In this document: in pieces, positions 34,610-48,548 of the stretch | Layout: each line of letters begins with the position of its first letter | Position numbering within the stretch: the first letter of the stretch is position 1 | DNA from: Eledone cirrhosa | Taxonomy: Eukaryota | NCBI GenBank assembly: GCA_964016885.1 | Contig: OZ024750.1 | Span: forward strand, 33,976,001 to 34,040,000 | Direction of reading: 5' to 3' | DNA: 64,000 bases | Position numbers and translations under genes: made by a program | Notes under the pieces: model-generated | What the model was told of the DNA's origin: nothing | Seen by the model: the letters and a program-made list of their open reading frames with translations, nothing else | Databases searched by the model: none

Positions 34610-36840
34610 CGAAAGAAGGGGTGGTAACGTCTACTGAGAAAGGAAGGGGTGGCAATGTCGACTGAGAAAGGAAGGAGTGGTAACGTCGACTGAGAAAGGA
34701 AGGGGTGGCAACGTCGACTGAGAAAGGAAGCGGTGATAACGTCGACTGAGAAAGGAAGGGGTGATAACGTCGACTGAGAAAGGAAGGGGTGATAACGTCG
34801 ACTGAGAAAGGAAGGGGTGATAACGTCGACTGAGAAAGGAAGGGGTGATAACGTCGACTGAGAAAGGTAGAGATGATAACGTCGACTGAGAAAGGAAGGG
34901 GTGATAACGTCGACTGAGAAAGGAAGGGGTGATAACGTCGACTGAGAAAGGTAGGGATGATAACGTCGACTGAGAAAGGTAGGGATGATAACGTCGACTG
35001 AGAAAGGAAGGGGTGATAACGTCGACTGAGAAAGGAAGGGGTGATAACGTCGACTGAGAAAGGAAGGGGTGATAACGTCGACTGAGAAAGGTAGGGATGA
35101 TAACGTCGACTGAGAAAGGAAGGGGTGATAACGTCGACTGAGAAAGGAAGGGGTGATAACGTCGACTGAGAAAGGAAGGGGTGATAACGTCGACTGAGAA
35201 AGGTAGGGATGATAACGTCGACTGAGAAAGGAAGGGGTGATAACGTCGACTGAGAAAGGAAGGGGTGATAACGTCGACTGAGAAAGGTAGGGATGATAAC
35301 GTCGACTGAGAAAGGAAGGGGTGATAACGTCGACTGAGAAAGGAAGGGGTGATAACGTCGACTGAGAAAGGTAGGGATGATAACGTCGACTGAGAAAGAA
35401 AGGGGTGATAACGTCGACTGAGAAAGGAAGGGGTGATAACGTCGACTGAGAAAGGTAGGGATGATAACGTCGACTGAGAAAGGAAGGGGTGATAACGTCG
35501 ACTGAGAAAGGTAGGGATGATAACGTCGACTGAGAAAGGAAGGGGTGATAACGTCGACTGAGAAAGGAAGGGGTGATAACGTCGACTGAGAAAGGTAGGG
35601 ATCATAACGTCGACTGAGAAAGGAAGGGGTGATAACGTCGACTGAGAAAGGAAGGGGTGATAACGTCGACTGAGAAAGGAAGGGGTGATAACGTCGACTG
35701 AGAAAGGTAGGGATGATAACGTCGACTGAGAAAGGAAGGGGTGATAACGTCGACTGAGAAAGGAAGGGGTGATAACGTCGACTGAGAAAGGTAGGGATGA
35801 TAACGTCGACTGAGAAAGGAAGGGGTGATAACGTCGACTGAGAAAGGAAGGGGTGATAACGTCGACTGAGAAAGGTAGGGATGATAACGTCGACTGAGAA
35901 AGAAAGGGGTGATAACGTCGACTGAGAAAGGAAGGGGTGATAACGTCGACTGAGAAAGGTAGGGATGATAACGTCGACTGAGAAAGGAAGGGGTGATAAC
36001 GTCGACTGAGAAAGGTAGGGATGATAACGTCGACTGAGAAAGGAAGGGGTGATAACGTCGACTGAGAAAGGAAGGGGTGATAACGTCGACTGAGAAAGGT
36101 AGGGATCATAACGTCGACTGAGAAAGGAAGGGGTGATAACGTCGACTGAGAAAGGAAGGGGTGATAACGTCGACTGAGAAAGGTAGGGATGATAACGTCG
36201 ACTGAGAAAGGAAGGGGTGATAACGTCGACTGAGAAAGGAAGGGGTGATAACGTCGACTGAGAAAGGAAGGGGTGATAACGTCGACTGAGAAAGGTAGGG
36301 ATGATAACGTCGACTGAGAAAGGAAGGGGTGATAACGTCGACTGAGAAAGGAAGGGGTGATAACGTCGACTGAGAAAGGTAGGGATGATAACGTCGACTG
36401 AGAAAGGAAGGGGTGATAACGTCGACTGAGAAAGGTAGGGATGATAACGTCGACTGAGAAAGGAAGGGGTGATAACGTCGACTGAGAAAGGAAGGGGTGA
36501 TAACGTCGACTGAGAAAGGTAGGGATCATAACGTCGACTGAGAAAGGAAGGGGTGATAACGTCGACTGAGAAAGGAAGGGGTGATAACGTCGACTGAGAA
36601 AGGTAGGGATGATAACGTCGACTGAGAAAGGAAGGGGTGATAACGTCGACTGAGAAAGGAAGGGGTGATAACGTCGACTGAGAAAGGTAGGGATGATAAC
36701 GTCGACTGAGAAAGGAAGGGGTGATAACGTCGACTGAGAAAGGTAGGGATGATAACGTCGACTGAGAAAGGAAGGGGTGGTAACGTCGACTGAGAAAGGA
36801 AGGGATGGTAACGTCGACTGAAAAGGAAGGGGTGGCAGCA
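34610..36840. repeat. 28-bp tandem satellite, ~80 units
   Basis: GATAACGTCGACTGAGAAAGG(AAGGGGT/TAGGGAT). Confidence 0.97.
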
Positions 36841-36949
36841 TCCAATATTCTCAATATATGTGTGTCTATATATATGTAGCAAATTGGCTCCACACATTGG
36901 CTGTTATGATTATGTGTGTGTATATGTGTGTTTGTGTAAATTATATTTA

Positions 36950-37480
36950 TCTATATATATAAAACAGAGGATGTCTGTCTGTGTGTCTGTTTCCCTAAAA
37001 CTCGAGAAGTACCCAACCGTTTTTTTTCAAACTTTACACATGTAACCCGTATGGCCCCGGAAGTGTTTTGAGCAAAAAAAATTCAAATTATTCTGACCTA
37101 GGGATCGAATTAGTGAAGTGGCCAATGTCTGTACATAATGAGGGAGTGAGAGGGGAGAGAAAGAAACGGAGAGGCGAAGTGAAGAAGTGGCTCTCTACTC
37201 CTCCTCCTCCTCCTCCTTCTCCCCATTTGTCACAGCGTTTTTCGATAGAGGGGAGAAATGTGAACGAGTTACAGAGAGAAAGAGTGAGAGTGAAAGAAAC
37301 AGACAGACTAAAAGAAGGGGATAGCGGGAGAGAGTGACAGACGCCGTCTTTTGAGAGTTGTATGCGTCAAAGATACATGACAGTGGAATAACTATTGCGT
37401 GTGTGTGTACGTGCGCGCGTGTGTGTGAGAGTTTGTGTGCGTTTGCATGCGTGAGTGTGTATGTGTGCGTGAGTGATTAT
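36950..37480 (+). mobile_element. Helitron 5' portion, same family as 28862
   Basis: TCTATATATATAAAACAGAGGATGTCTGTCTG..CCCTAAAACTCGAGAAGTACCCAACCG; no CTAG end found, right boundary uncertain. Confidence 0.7.
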
Positions 37481-38029
37481 AAACTCTCTCACATGGTCTG
37501 ATGGAATTAACCCTTTAGCATTTACGTAGTTAAATAATAATATACTAATGCTGCAAAGCATGTTTGACGCTCTACCGGTTACTGCCAATCTATTGTCCTT
37601 ATATAATACTCCAACAAATCAGTTTTTCTCAACGTTATTATATAGTTTAACTATAGCTATACAGATCTTTCTCTTTTGTGAGTGATTTCCGCTAAAACTT
37701 GTTGACCTTCAATAAGAATCAAGTATTTATTGCTATCAGTTAAAATCTTGGTCTACTGTCCAACCTCTTTAAATAGGAGCAGGGTCTTAAAAAACTGGCA
37801 CTGAATCGGTTACGAGTGTTCCTGTTAATATGAAATTAACGTGCAAGTGTCTGAGCATTCCACAGACAGGCATACTCTTAATGTAGATCTCAGAGAAATT
37901 CAGTGTGACACCGAATGTGACAAGGTTGGCCTTCAAATTACCGGTACATTTTTGCTGCAGCTTGAAATAAAGTGTCTTGCTCAAAGACAACACATGCTGG
38001 TAATTAAACTCACAACCTTACAATCACAC

Positions 38030-38440
38030 TATGATTGCATCACATTAAAAGTTGAAGTCTTTACTTCAGTTTACTGCAAATTTCCACAATGATCTGTCCT
38101 CTAATAAAGATAGTATAAACATTTCAATTAACAAACTATATGAAACCACATTAGCAAGATATTCTTGTAAATTACAAAGCAGCACCATGACTGTATCACA
38201 TTAAAAATGGAAGTCTTCACTTTACTGCAAGTTTTCACAATGGTCTGTCCTCTAATAAAGATAGTATAAACATTTGAATTAACAAACCATGTGGAACCAC
38301 ATTAACAAGATGTTCTTGAAAAGTACAAAACAACACTGACTGTATCACATCAAAAATTGATGTCTTTACTTTAAATTCTTTACTGCAAATTTTTACAATG
38401 ATCTGTCTACTAGCAAAGATACATTTGAATTAACAACCTC
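38030..38440 (+). repeat. ~150-155-bp tandem repeat, ~2.7 units
   Basis: TG(C/T)ATCACAT(T/C)AAAA at 38036, 38192, 38341. Confidence 0.8.
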
Positions 38441-40009
38441 CATTTAAAAATATTTTCTACTAAATCATCAGAGGATGTTAATTGTTAATGGATTATATAA
38501 TGGAAAGTGAAGTAACCATGATATATGTAGCTACACCAAGACTGCTGGGGTTGATATGGTTGATGTTTGGAGATCTGTAAATTGATGCAGAAAGTGAATT
38601 CCTCTGGATTGGTACTGATGAAAAATGGATTAGATAAAGTAGTATATGTGGGGCTGGGGCACTGATGATAGAGGACAGCTGACAAGCACATGACCTGTGG
38701 GTAGACAAGGTAGTCATAACCTAACCTGGCAAAACCTATAAATTTAAATTATTGAATATAAAACTAAATGATATCCACTTCATTAGAAAAATGCTAATTT
38801 AATGTATGAAATTCAATATAAATGGCTTTCACCTGCACAGTTTATATTGAGGAATAACGATAATAAACCTATTTGCATGCTTGAAAATACATTAAATATA
38901 ATATAAAAGCAGAATTATTTGTTGAAAGTCATTAGTGTGAGAAGCGCTGTCGATTTTAAAGAAACGTTCAGATCAAGCTCACAGGAAAAAGAAAAAAAAA
39001 AGGGAGAAGAATAAGATTCAAAAGAAAAAAAACATAAAAATATCAAGTTTAAATAAAAAAATAAATATATCTGTATTTTACTTTTGTGTGTAGATCCAAA
39101 TAATTACTTTTTCTCTTTCTCAATTCCTCTTGATAGAGAAAATGGTTTATTGTTCATTTCATTTTTGCTTTTCAAATTCTTTTGAAGCATTTTTTTTTGC
39201 ATAAAATTCCTTCCCAATCTTTGATTAACTCTTTTCTAAGCTTCCACTTCATACATTCCTTAGAATTTCTGGTAATAGATAGCTTTGGAAGTAATCTATC
39301 TTTTAGTCTCTGTAAAAGAGAATTGGTGGTCTTTATTGTTTTGACACAGTTCATTAGCAAGAATGATGCAAGACACTTAAATTACTCATAAAATTCGATA
39401 ACAAATTATAAATCATGAATTATGAAGTCCGTCTTTTATGGCTGGCTTTTAACTTTTACTAATATTCAGGACAGGAATATTTTCTGTAGAGATTGGTAAA
39501 TAGTCTGCTGTTAAACAATAATTCTTCTTCCACACGCAACAACCCCAGAAAACTTAACGCTACCGTCTCTCTACTGAACTGTAATGTAATATAAAGTTTG
39601 TTGGCACCAGCTGGCAACAGGTGAAACTCTGTGAGGTTTGGTGGCACCAGATAAAACTCTGTGAGGTTTGGTGGCATCAGCAGGCAACAGGGGAAACTCT
39701 ACTGTGAGGTTTGGTGGCACCAGCTGACACCAGGTGAAACTCAGTGAGGTTTGGTGACATTAGCTTCCATTTAACCTCTGACCTGGCACAGTTGACCTGT
39801 CTTCCATTATCTCCAATCACACCCTTATCAATGAAACTAGAACTCTGCCGGTTATGACGTGTGTTCCAGTTGGTTTGATCAGCAGAACAACCTGCTCATG
39901 AAATTAACAAGTGGTGACTGAGCATTACACAGACATGTGTACACTTAACATAGTTCTCAGGGAGATTCAGCATGACACAAAATGTGACAAGGCCGGCCCT
40001 TCGAATTAC

Positions 40010-40240
40010 AGTGCTGCCCACAAAGTTATGAGCGGAAGATATAAACCAGGTATTGCCTGACTGCTTCCTTTTTGTTGCCATTAAAACTCCTGGCATCGTC
40101 ATTCTACAGACTACCATTTTCCTCTGCAAAATCAGGAGGATTATGTACTACCTGAGGATTGATCCTCATGAGAGGGATTGGCTGATGTAATAGGTGTCCC
40201 TGGCTGTTCTCTGCAGCAATGCATCTGCCATCTTGTTTGC
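40010..40240 (+). mobile_element. CRE-like 3' fragment, highly decayed
   Basis: VAIKTPG..DPHERDWL..VSLAVLCSNASAIL; similar relic at ~45760-45935. Confidence 0.55.
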
Positions 40241-40762
40241 GTGACACAGTTGGGATACACTTCCTAGCCAGAGGTATAGAGTCTGCCCTCCATTTCCTAA
40301 CATATTTATTCAAAAGAGTTCTTTATCATGTCAACTATATAAAAAACAAAATTAAGTAATGAAAAGAGAGGAGAAGGAGTAAAGGGCATATCTGGCTGTA
40401 TGGAAAAGTAAAGAAAACGACTGTGAAGAAAAGGAGGGGAAAAGCAAGGACTCTTTGGCCACGGAAGAGTGGGTGATAGGCTCTATGCTTAGGGCAGGGC
40501 TGTGGGTTGACTGCACCTCGCGGTGTAAAAGATATTATTCCTTGCAATGATAAGGGGTTATTTCTGTAGTGTGCTGGTGTAAAGTCTATCTCTTCAGTCT
40601 GGTGACTCTTTTGATGGAGATAAACCACATTAAATCATTTAAATAGTCCAGAGAAAAGCTCTACTATTTTGTGGTTGAACCGTGTTCTTCAAAGTTTTTA
40701 TAGCAATCATCATCATGCATCTTACCTCCTTTTCCCACACTAGCATGGTGGCTTGAATTTAA

Positions 40763-41197
40763 CCCTTTAGTATTTAAACTGGCTGTATCCAGCCAGAATT
40801 CTCTCACTTCTTTCTGTTCAAACCGGCCATTAATAGCCACTCATACTTATGTTAAAGTATTGTTCTCAAAATAAATGATTTGATATTGTGAGATAATTAT
40901 GTAAGATAAAGCTTTTACCATGAAAATATAATTGTTTCTACTTTAGGCACAAGGCCAGTAATTTGGGGGGGGGGGGGGAAGTCGATTAAATCGACCCCAG
41001 TGCGTGACTGGTACTTTATTTTATCGATCCCGTAAGGTTGAAAGGCAAAGCTAACCTCGGCGGAATTTGAACTCAGGTCGTAAAGGGCCGTAACTCTATG
41101 CTGTAAAGCATGGTGTCCGACGCTCTACCGATTCTGCCAATCCATCCACCATGAAAATATGATAGTATATATATAGAGTAATGTAAATGCTAAAGGG
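40763..41197 (-). mobile_element. piggyBac-type MITE interrupted by SINE-A
   Basis: TTAA 40759-40762 and 41198-41201; TIRs present. Confidence 0.9.
40930..41147 (-). mobile_element. SINE-A long variant
   Basis: TSD ACCATGAAAATAT 40917-40929 and 41148-41160. Confidence 0.92.
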
Positions 41198-41299
41198 TTA
41201 ACAGGTTGTCAAGGTTTGAGACAATGGATGAAAAGTATTATGGAAAGATTGTTTTGTGTACTATAAAATATAAACAGTCCATTGAAGAGTACAATTTAT

Positions 41300-41830
41300 G
41301 AAACAGAATTTATTCTACAAATTCTTGTGTTCTTATTATATTGTGCAAAGATTGCTTTGTTAACTATAAAGTACAAATGGTTGGTTGAAGAATATAATTC
41401 ACAAAAGTCAGAATTATTTCAGTATAATTTTTTATGAATTTATTCTACAAATTATTGTGTTCTTATTATATTGTGCAAAGATTGCTTTGTTAACTATAAA
41501 GTACAAATGTTTGGTTGAAAAATATAATTCACAAAAGTCAGAATTATTTCAATATAATTTTTTATGAATTTATTCTACAAATTCTTGTGTTCTTATTATA
41601 TTGCGCAAAGATTGCTTTGTTAACTATAAAGTACAAATGGTTGGTTGAAGAATATAATTCACAAAAGTCAGAATTATTTCAGTATAATTTTTTATGAATT
41701 TATTCTACAAATTCTTGTGTGCTTATAACATGGGAAAACTATTGAAAGATATTTTTGTTAATTATAAAATATAAATGATTGATTGACAGTTTACAAAACA
41801 GAATTATTTCAGTATAATTAATGATAAATT
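41300..41830. repeat. 130-bp tandem repeat, ~4 units
   Basis: Near-identical ORFs at 41385 and 41515 offset by 130. Confidence 0.9.
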
Positions 41831-42627
41831 CTACAAGTTCATGTTATGTGTAAATATGTGAGAATGAAATATGATGAATTAATAATTTCATTTAATATTG
41901 TGGTAGTCATGATACTTTTATACAGTGTAGTATACCTTGAAGATTGTTCTCTAGGTCATAATTTATAACTTATTCTCCAAGCTAGTATACTAAATATTTT
42001 TCTTCTTCCCCTCCTTCACCTGCAAGGGTTGTGGGGGAAGAGTCCTCAAACACACCTTCCAACAGGTCCTGTCGGAAGCAACCATCTCCAATTGATCCAG
42101 CTGGAAACCCCAAGTGAAACCCGCCAAACTCATGGATGTTATACAACTATCTTGCTCGGGGTTTACACCTGGGTCTCCAGTCCACTCTTACCTAGCTAAG
42201 GTCTTGAATCTGGGGTAATGATCAAAAGAATATTTATTTCCACTCCTACCTATAAATATTTATTTCAAAGAGAATAAGTTGCAATGGCTGAATGGATAAA
42301 ACATGGAGGAGAATTGACTTCATTTTCTGTCATTGAACACACAACACCTGCCGTACATATGTCAGGTATAGTGAAATATTAAACACTGTAAAGTGGTTGT
42401 ATAGGCGCCACAGTAAAAAAGCACCCAGTACTCACTGTAAAGTGGACGTGTAGGCGCCACGGAAAAAAAGCACCCAGCACTCACTGTAAATGAGGGCATC
42501 CAGCTGTAGAAATCGAGCCAAAATCAATTCCTGTATAAGCAAAACATGGTCACCCGACCTGGCATTACCCACAACAGGATAACCCGTTTAACCCATGCTA
42601 GCAAGAATGGACGTAAAACGGTGATGA

Positions 42628-42865
42628 TGAAACTTACCCAACACCTGCCCTACATATGTCAGGTGTAGTGAAACACTAAACTTACCCAACATTTGCCCTA
42701 CATATGTCAGGCGTGAAACACTAAACTTACCCAACGTTTGCCCTACATATGTCAGGTGTGAAATACTAAACATACCCAACATTTGCCTTACATATGTCAG
42801 GTGTGAAACACTAAACTTACCCAACACCTGCCCTACATATGTCAGGTGTAGTGAAACACTAAAGT
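42628..42865. repeat. 42-48-bp tandem repeat, ~5 units
   Basis: AAACTTACCCAACA..TGCCCTACATATGTCAGGTGT(AGT)GAAACACT. Confidence 0.88.
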
Positions 42866-43122
42866 AACCATTCGTCCTTGTATCATTATATATATATATA
42901 TATATATACACAACATCCAGCCCGAAACAAATGAGGTCGTGTAGGTGTCACGACAAAAAAAACACACAGTCCACGCTGTAATGTGGCCGTGTAGGTAACA
43001 CGGTAAAAACCTCCCAGTTCCACACTGCAAATGTGGTTGGTGTTAGGAAGGGCATCCAGCCGTAGAAAACCCGCCAAACCCATGCGAGCGTGGAATATGT
43101 ACGTTAAACGATGATGATGATG

Positions 43123-43162
<40 letters not shown>

Positions 43163-43809
43163 CCATGTATACATGAATGAATACAGTAAGCGCTATCATA
43201 TATTTTGGTTTCTATTAATTCCCTAGGGAATTGTTTGACTTTACTTATTTGTTTGTTTAAAAAATTTTCTATTTTTCTCTTAGACTTATTTTTAAAGACA
43301 TTTTTTGAAAGCAAAGCATTGGCCCCTAAAATACTACAGTGGCCTCCTGCAATGCTACTGTGGGGCCCATTTGCCATTAAGCAACCAGGCCAGTCCGCCA
43401 CTGTATATAGGATATAATTGGGTGCTATTTTTGGAGAGGGGAGATTCACATTATGGTATTTATAAATTTTGGTGGTTATAGATTGTCGAAGAATTCTTTT
43501 AATTGATTTTAATATTATTTTCAAATCCCGCCGAGGTTAACTTTGCCTTTCATTCTTACGGGGTCGATAAAAAATAAAGTACCAGTAATGTACTGGCCTT
43601 GTGCTTAAAGTAGAAATAATTATTATTAATTTATGTCTTTTTATAATTAGGTATAATTGTCCTCACATTCTTTCTATTGGTGGTGGGTCAGAGTTATGTT
43701 TGGTACTGTTGTTACTTTGGTGGCATTTATTTAAAGACAAAGTATAAACGTTTTGGCAGAGATCAGCAAAAATTCAACTGAAATTGGCATTTTATTCTAG
43801 TTCATCGCC

Positions 43810-44490
43810 ATTCATCACCATCACCATCATCATCATAATCATTACCATCACCATCATAATCATTACCATCACCATCATCATCATAATCATTACCACTACC
43901 ATCATACATATTATAATCACCATCACTATTACCACCTTCGTCATCATAAATATTATAACCATAACTACCATCATCGCCACCATCATAATCATTATCACCG
44001 CCATCATTGCCACCATCACCACCATCACCACCACCATCAAACCACCATCACCACCACCATCACCACCACCATCACCACCACCATCACCACCACATCAAAC
44101 CACCACCATCACCACCGCCATCATTATAATCATCATAATCATCACCACCACTACCACTACCATTACCACCACCACCACAACCACCATCACCACCATCATA
44201 ATCATTACCACCACCGCCACAACAACCATCACAACCACCATCACCACCATCATAATCATTACCACCACCACCACAATCATTACCACCACCACCACCACCA
44301 TAACCACCATCATCACAATCATCATACTCATCACCACCACCATTACCATCATTACCATCACCATCACCATCACCATCATCATCACCATCATCATCACCAT
44401 CATCATAATCATCACCACCATCACCACCATCACCACCATCACCACCATCACCACCACCACCATCACCACCATCACCATCATAATCATTGT
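43810..44490. repeat. (CAT/CAC)n trinucleotide tract
   Basis: Direct inspection. Confidence 0.95.
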
Positions 44491-44815
44491 TACATTAATT
44501 TATCAATGCTATCATGAAATTGGACAAGACACAGATGCACACACAGATGCACACACAGATGCACATTCACACACATGTCTTCACCATCATAGTTTAATGT
44601 CTAGGTTTTAGAGTTTTCTGTTGCTAGCTAGGGTTGGACAGGTTATCAAAGATTGAGACAGTACTCAAGCAGAGCTACTGACTTCTTACATCTTCCCCCC
44701 AAGGGCCTGCATATCTTGTGCATATTTACTACACTCTGAATACTCAGACAAACTGGAGGCTAAGCTTCATATAATTTCCATCTACCAAATTCACTGATAA
44801 AGCCTTCATCATTAA

Positions 44816-45013
44816 CTCTTTAGCATTTAAACTGGTCATATCCGGCCAGCATTCTCTCACCTCTTCTGTTCAAACAGGCTGTAACTGGCTGCTGATATTT
44901 ATGTTAAGGTATTGTTCTCAAAATAAATATCAATCTCATAGATTCGATATTATGTAAGATAATTATGTCAGATAAAGTGTTTACTGTGAAAATATAATGT
45001 AAATGCCAAAGAG
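44816..45013 (-). mobile_element. piggyBac-type MITE (CTCTTT termini)
   Basis: TTAA both sides; internal match. Confidence 0.85.
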
Positions 45014-45188
45014 TTAACTGCAACATGGACACAGCTGTCTTCCTGTATCAACTTGAACTAGTGAGGTTAGATTAAAAGGAGAGCAAAAGGTCAGATGGTA
45101 TTACAATCTTTCCCCATTCTGTAGTGCTAGGCCCCACATCTGGGACTTGCATCAATATTTTCTTCTACTGAAGGGTCTTTGGAATAAT

Positions 45189-45367
45189 TGTTTCTACTTT
45201 AGGCACAAGGCCAGCAATTACCCAAGGCATTATTGGTACTTTATTTTATCGACCCCGTAAGGATGAAAGGCAAAGTCAACCTCGGCGAGATTTGAACTCA
45301 GATCGTAAAGGGACGTAACTATGCTGGAAAGCATGGCGTCCGACCCTCTACTGATACTGCCAATACA
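45189..45367 (-). mobile_element. SINE-A inserted near the start of an RTE fragment
   Basis: TSD TTTGGAATAAT 45178-45188 and 45368-45378. Confidence 0.92.
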
Positions 45368-45700
45368 TTTGGAATAATGTTACTCGATAAAGTGTGTAGC
45401 ATGGAGATCAGAGAGTCACTCCATGTAGAGCTGCTACTTCTCCGATACTATGGGTATGTGGTTAGAATATTTCAGAAAATAATTGCTGGACAGATTTTAT
45501 GGGCAAAAGCAACAGGTAGGAGAACCAGGAGTAGACCCCCAAGCAAGATGGTTGGATAATATCCATGAGCTTGGCTGGTCACGCTTGGGAATCCAGCTGG
45601 AACAGTTGGAGACGGTTGCTTATGACAGGACCCGCTGGAGGGAGTGTTTGAGGACCCTGCTCCCACAACCCTCTCAGAAATATGTGGGCAAAGAACAACC
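45368..45700 (+). mobile_element. RTE-like LINE 3' fragment
   Basis: DKVCSMEIRESLHVE.LLL, YGYVVRI, TGRRTRSRP, RWLDNI, DRTRWR. Confidence 0.8.
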
Positions 45701-46056
45701 ACCACCACCTGCTGATTTCAACAACAGACCCAGGTTTTCATTGCCTGATACACCGAAGATCACAAATTGTTGAAGTACTGTTTTCTGATAGATTTATCAT
45801 TAACTCTATAGTGGTAGAAACTTGTGGTGTGTTGGGTTCATGAACCACCACCTGACCGTGAGTTAGCCACGTAGAAGCATGATGGCTGAAAGTTTGACAG
45901 GTTCTTTTAGTAATTCTCTCCAGTGGAACCATGAGACATCCAAGGTTTTGCGCTTCAAATACAGATCAAAGGAACGGAAGAACACGATAGCCTTTCATTG
46001 GTTGATTTATGTTGTCTGTTAACCATGACATACACATACACTCATACACATACACT

Positions 46057-46094
<38 letters not shown>

Positions 46095-46095
<1 letters not shown>

Positions 46096-46575
46096 TACCA
46101 TCACCATTTTTCCATGCTAGCAAGGGTTAGACGAGTTGTCCTGTTGTGGGCAATGCTAGGTCATGTGACTGTCTTGCTCATACAGAACTGATTTTGGCTT
46201 GGTTTCTACAGCTGGGTGCCCTTCCTAACACCAACATTTACAGTGAGTACTGGGTGCCTTTTGTCATGATGCCTACACAACCTCTTTACAGTGAGTACTG
46301 GGTGCCTTTTGTCATGATGCCTACACAACCTCTTTACAGTGTGGGCTGGGTGCTTTTTGTCGTGACGGAGCCATCCAGTCCCACACTGTAAATGTGGTTG
46401 GTGTTAGGAAGGACATCCAGCTGTAAAATAGCCGACCAAATTTATAGTTCTCGCCGGAACAAGGTGTGACATGGCCAACGATGGCCAGACTTGCCCTCCC
46501 CTCCAACATGGACGACCCATGTAAGCCATGCAAGAATGGAAGAATTGATACTAAACAGAAATGATGATGATAATG
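46095..46575. mobile_element. Two RTE-tailed SINE fragments head to head
   Basis: 46095-46370 minus and 46375-46575 plus; CAGCTGGGTGCCCTTCCTAACACCAAC vs GTTGGTGTTAGGAAGGACATCCAGCTG. Confidence 0.75.
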
Positions 46576-47034
46576 CTATACATACCTACAATACCTTTTG
46601 GGGATTTAAGTGTGCAGGAGCTGAGAACATCAAGTTAAATATAATACAATTGATCTTTAAGTGTCTCATATAATGACAATATATTTTACTCAAGCAAATA
46701 TAAAAAATTCAAGTTGAAATATCAATCATTAATTAGAATCTAATAAGGTTTATTTATTACTGTACAGAAAATTTTATACAGCTCAACTAATGCTTCGTTA
46801 AAACAAGAAGATACTACACATTCCAAATAAAACTACAATTGATTAAGCATTTCCTTAGCCAAAAAGAAGCAGCTCTTATAAAAATATGAAAGATTAAAGA
46901 AAAGGTATTTGCTTCAAAGGAAAATTTCAATATGTAATGAATTCCAGCCTCTGGCAAATATGCCATGTTTATCCTGCTAAATTAACACATCAAAGTTGTT
47001 ACACTTTAGCCTTTTAATTTACTTAACATTCAGT

Positions 47035-47087
47035 TTATATATGTATGTATATGTGTGTGTATATATGTGTGTATATATATATATGTA

Positions 47088-47132
<45 letters not shown>

Positions 47133-47303
47133 GAATGTATGTGTATATATATATGAATGTATGTGTATATATATATATATGAATGTATGTAGATATATGT
47201 ATGTATATGTGTGTGTGTGTATGTGTGTATGTGTGTATGTGTGTGTATGTGTGTGTGTGTATGTGTGTGTATATATGTGTGTGTATATATGTGTGTGTGT
47301 GTA

Positions 47304-47360
<57 letters not shown>
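47035..47360. repeat. (TA)/(TG) compound microsatellite
   Basis: Direct inspection. Confidence 0.95.
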
Positions 47361-47364
<4 letters not shown>

Positions 47365-48093
47365 TGTTTCAAAAGCTACAACATGGGTGTTATTTTATCA
47401 GCACTATTCTTTCTAAAAATGTATTTTATTGATGTTTCTACATTTTTATAGTCTGCAGCAGATTAAGGCGAGTATTAAACATATTTTTATCATCCTTCAA
47501 GTTATTAATATTATTAGAGGAAAATGGAGAACAATTTTCTTTCTATCTTCAAACTGCATCAAAGAATGAAATAGAATTGAATAGAATATAGAAATAATGA
47601 TGGAATCTCTTGAAATGTATTGTAACAATCAGTAAGAGAATCTGTTTACTGGTACATTAAAGATCTGAAGAACGTGGAACTGATAGAATTTAGCAGAGTA
47701 ACTAAAACCATAATATAGTAAATTAGAAAAATATTTTGAATTACTGTATCAAAGAAATGACTTCAAAATAGCATTTCAACATGTTTCATGAAGGAAATAA
47801 ATACAATCTGAAAGAAAATTTTGAAGAAAAATTTGTAAATTGTTTTACAGGTGAAAATATATGCCAATACTATGCTAATGTTCTTTTATGAATAACGAAA
47901 GAAAAATTCCTAATTTCCTAAGGTTCTTAGATATAACAATTACATTAGAAATTTAACAAAAAATATTTCTGCATTTTTCAAGTACATCTATATTTTTAGA
48001 GTACATCTATATCTTTAACTTGTTGAATTATCATTATATTCAGATAAGTGAGATAATGATTTAATGATTCACAGAAAGTTACTTGTATTATTA

Positions 48094-48494
48094 TGGCAGT
48101 TTCGGTAGAAGGTTGGACGCCACGCTTTGCAGCAAAGAGTTACGGCCCTTTATGGTCTGAGTTCAAATCCCGCCGAGGTTAACTTTGCCTTTCATCCTTA
48201 CGGGGTTGATAAAATAAAGTACCAGTAATGTACTGGGGTAATTGCTGGTCTTGTGCCTAAAGTAGAAACAATTATTACTATTATGGTGATTGGGGGTATC
48301 AGTAGAATGTCGGACACCATGCTTTGCGGCATAGTTATGGCCCTTTACGCTCAGAGTTCAGATCCCGCCGAGATTAGCTTTGCCTTTCATCCTTTATTGG
48401 GGGTCGATAAAATAAAGTACCAGTAACACACTGGGGTTGGTTTAATCGACTTTCCTCTTCCGTTCAAATTGCTGGCCTTGTGCCTATATCAGAA

Positions 48495-48496
<2 letters not shown>
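48094..48496 (+). mobile_element. Two head-to-tail SINE-A copies (short then long variant) followed by (CTA)n
   Basis: 48094-48272 and 48285-48496. Confidence 0.9.

Positions 48497-48548
<52 letters not shown>

Noticed and set aside
34593-36893. 766- and 736-aa ORFs
   Set aside because: Translation of a 28-bp satellite lacking minus-strand stops; the same 28-aa cycle appears in every frame
39172-39400. Short Lys-rich ORF as an exon or LINE relic (also 55974-56156)
   Set aside because: No motif I can recognise and no clear splice signals
43320-43405. Possible DNA transposon end GGCCAGTCCGCCACTG
   Set aside because: Only a 7-9 bp partner nearby; no reliable second terminus or TSD
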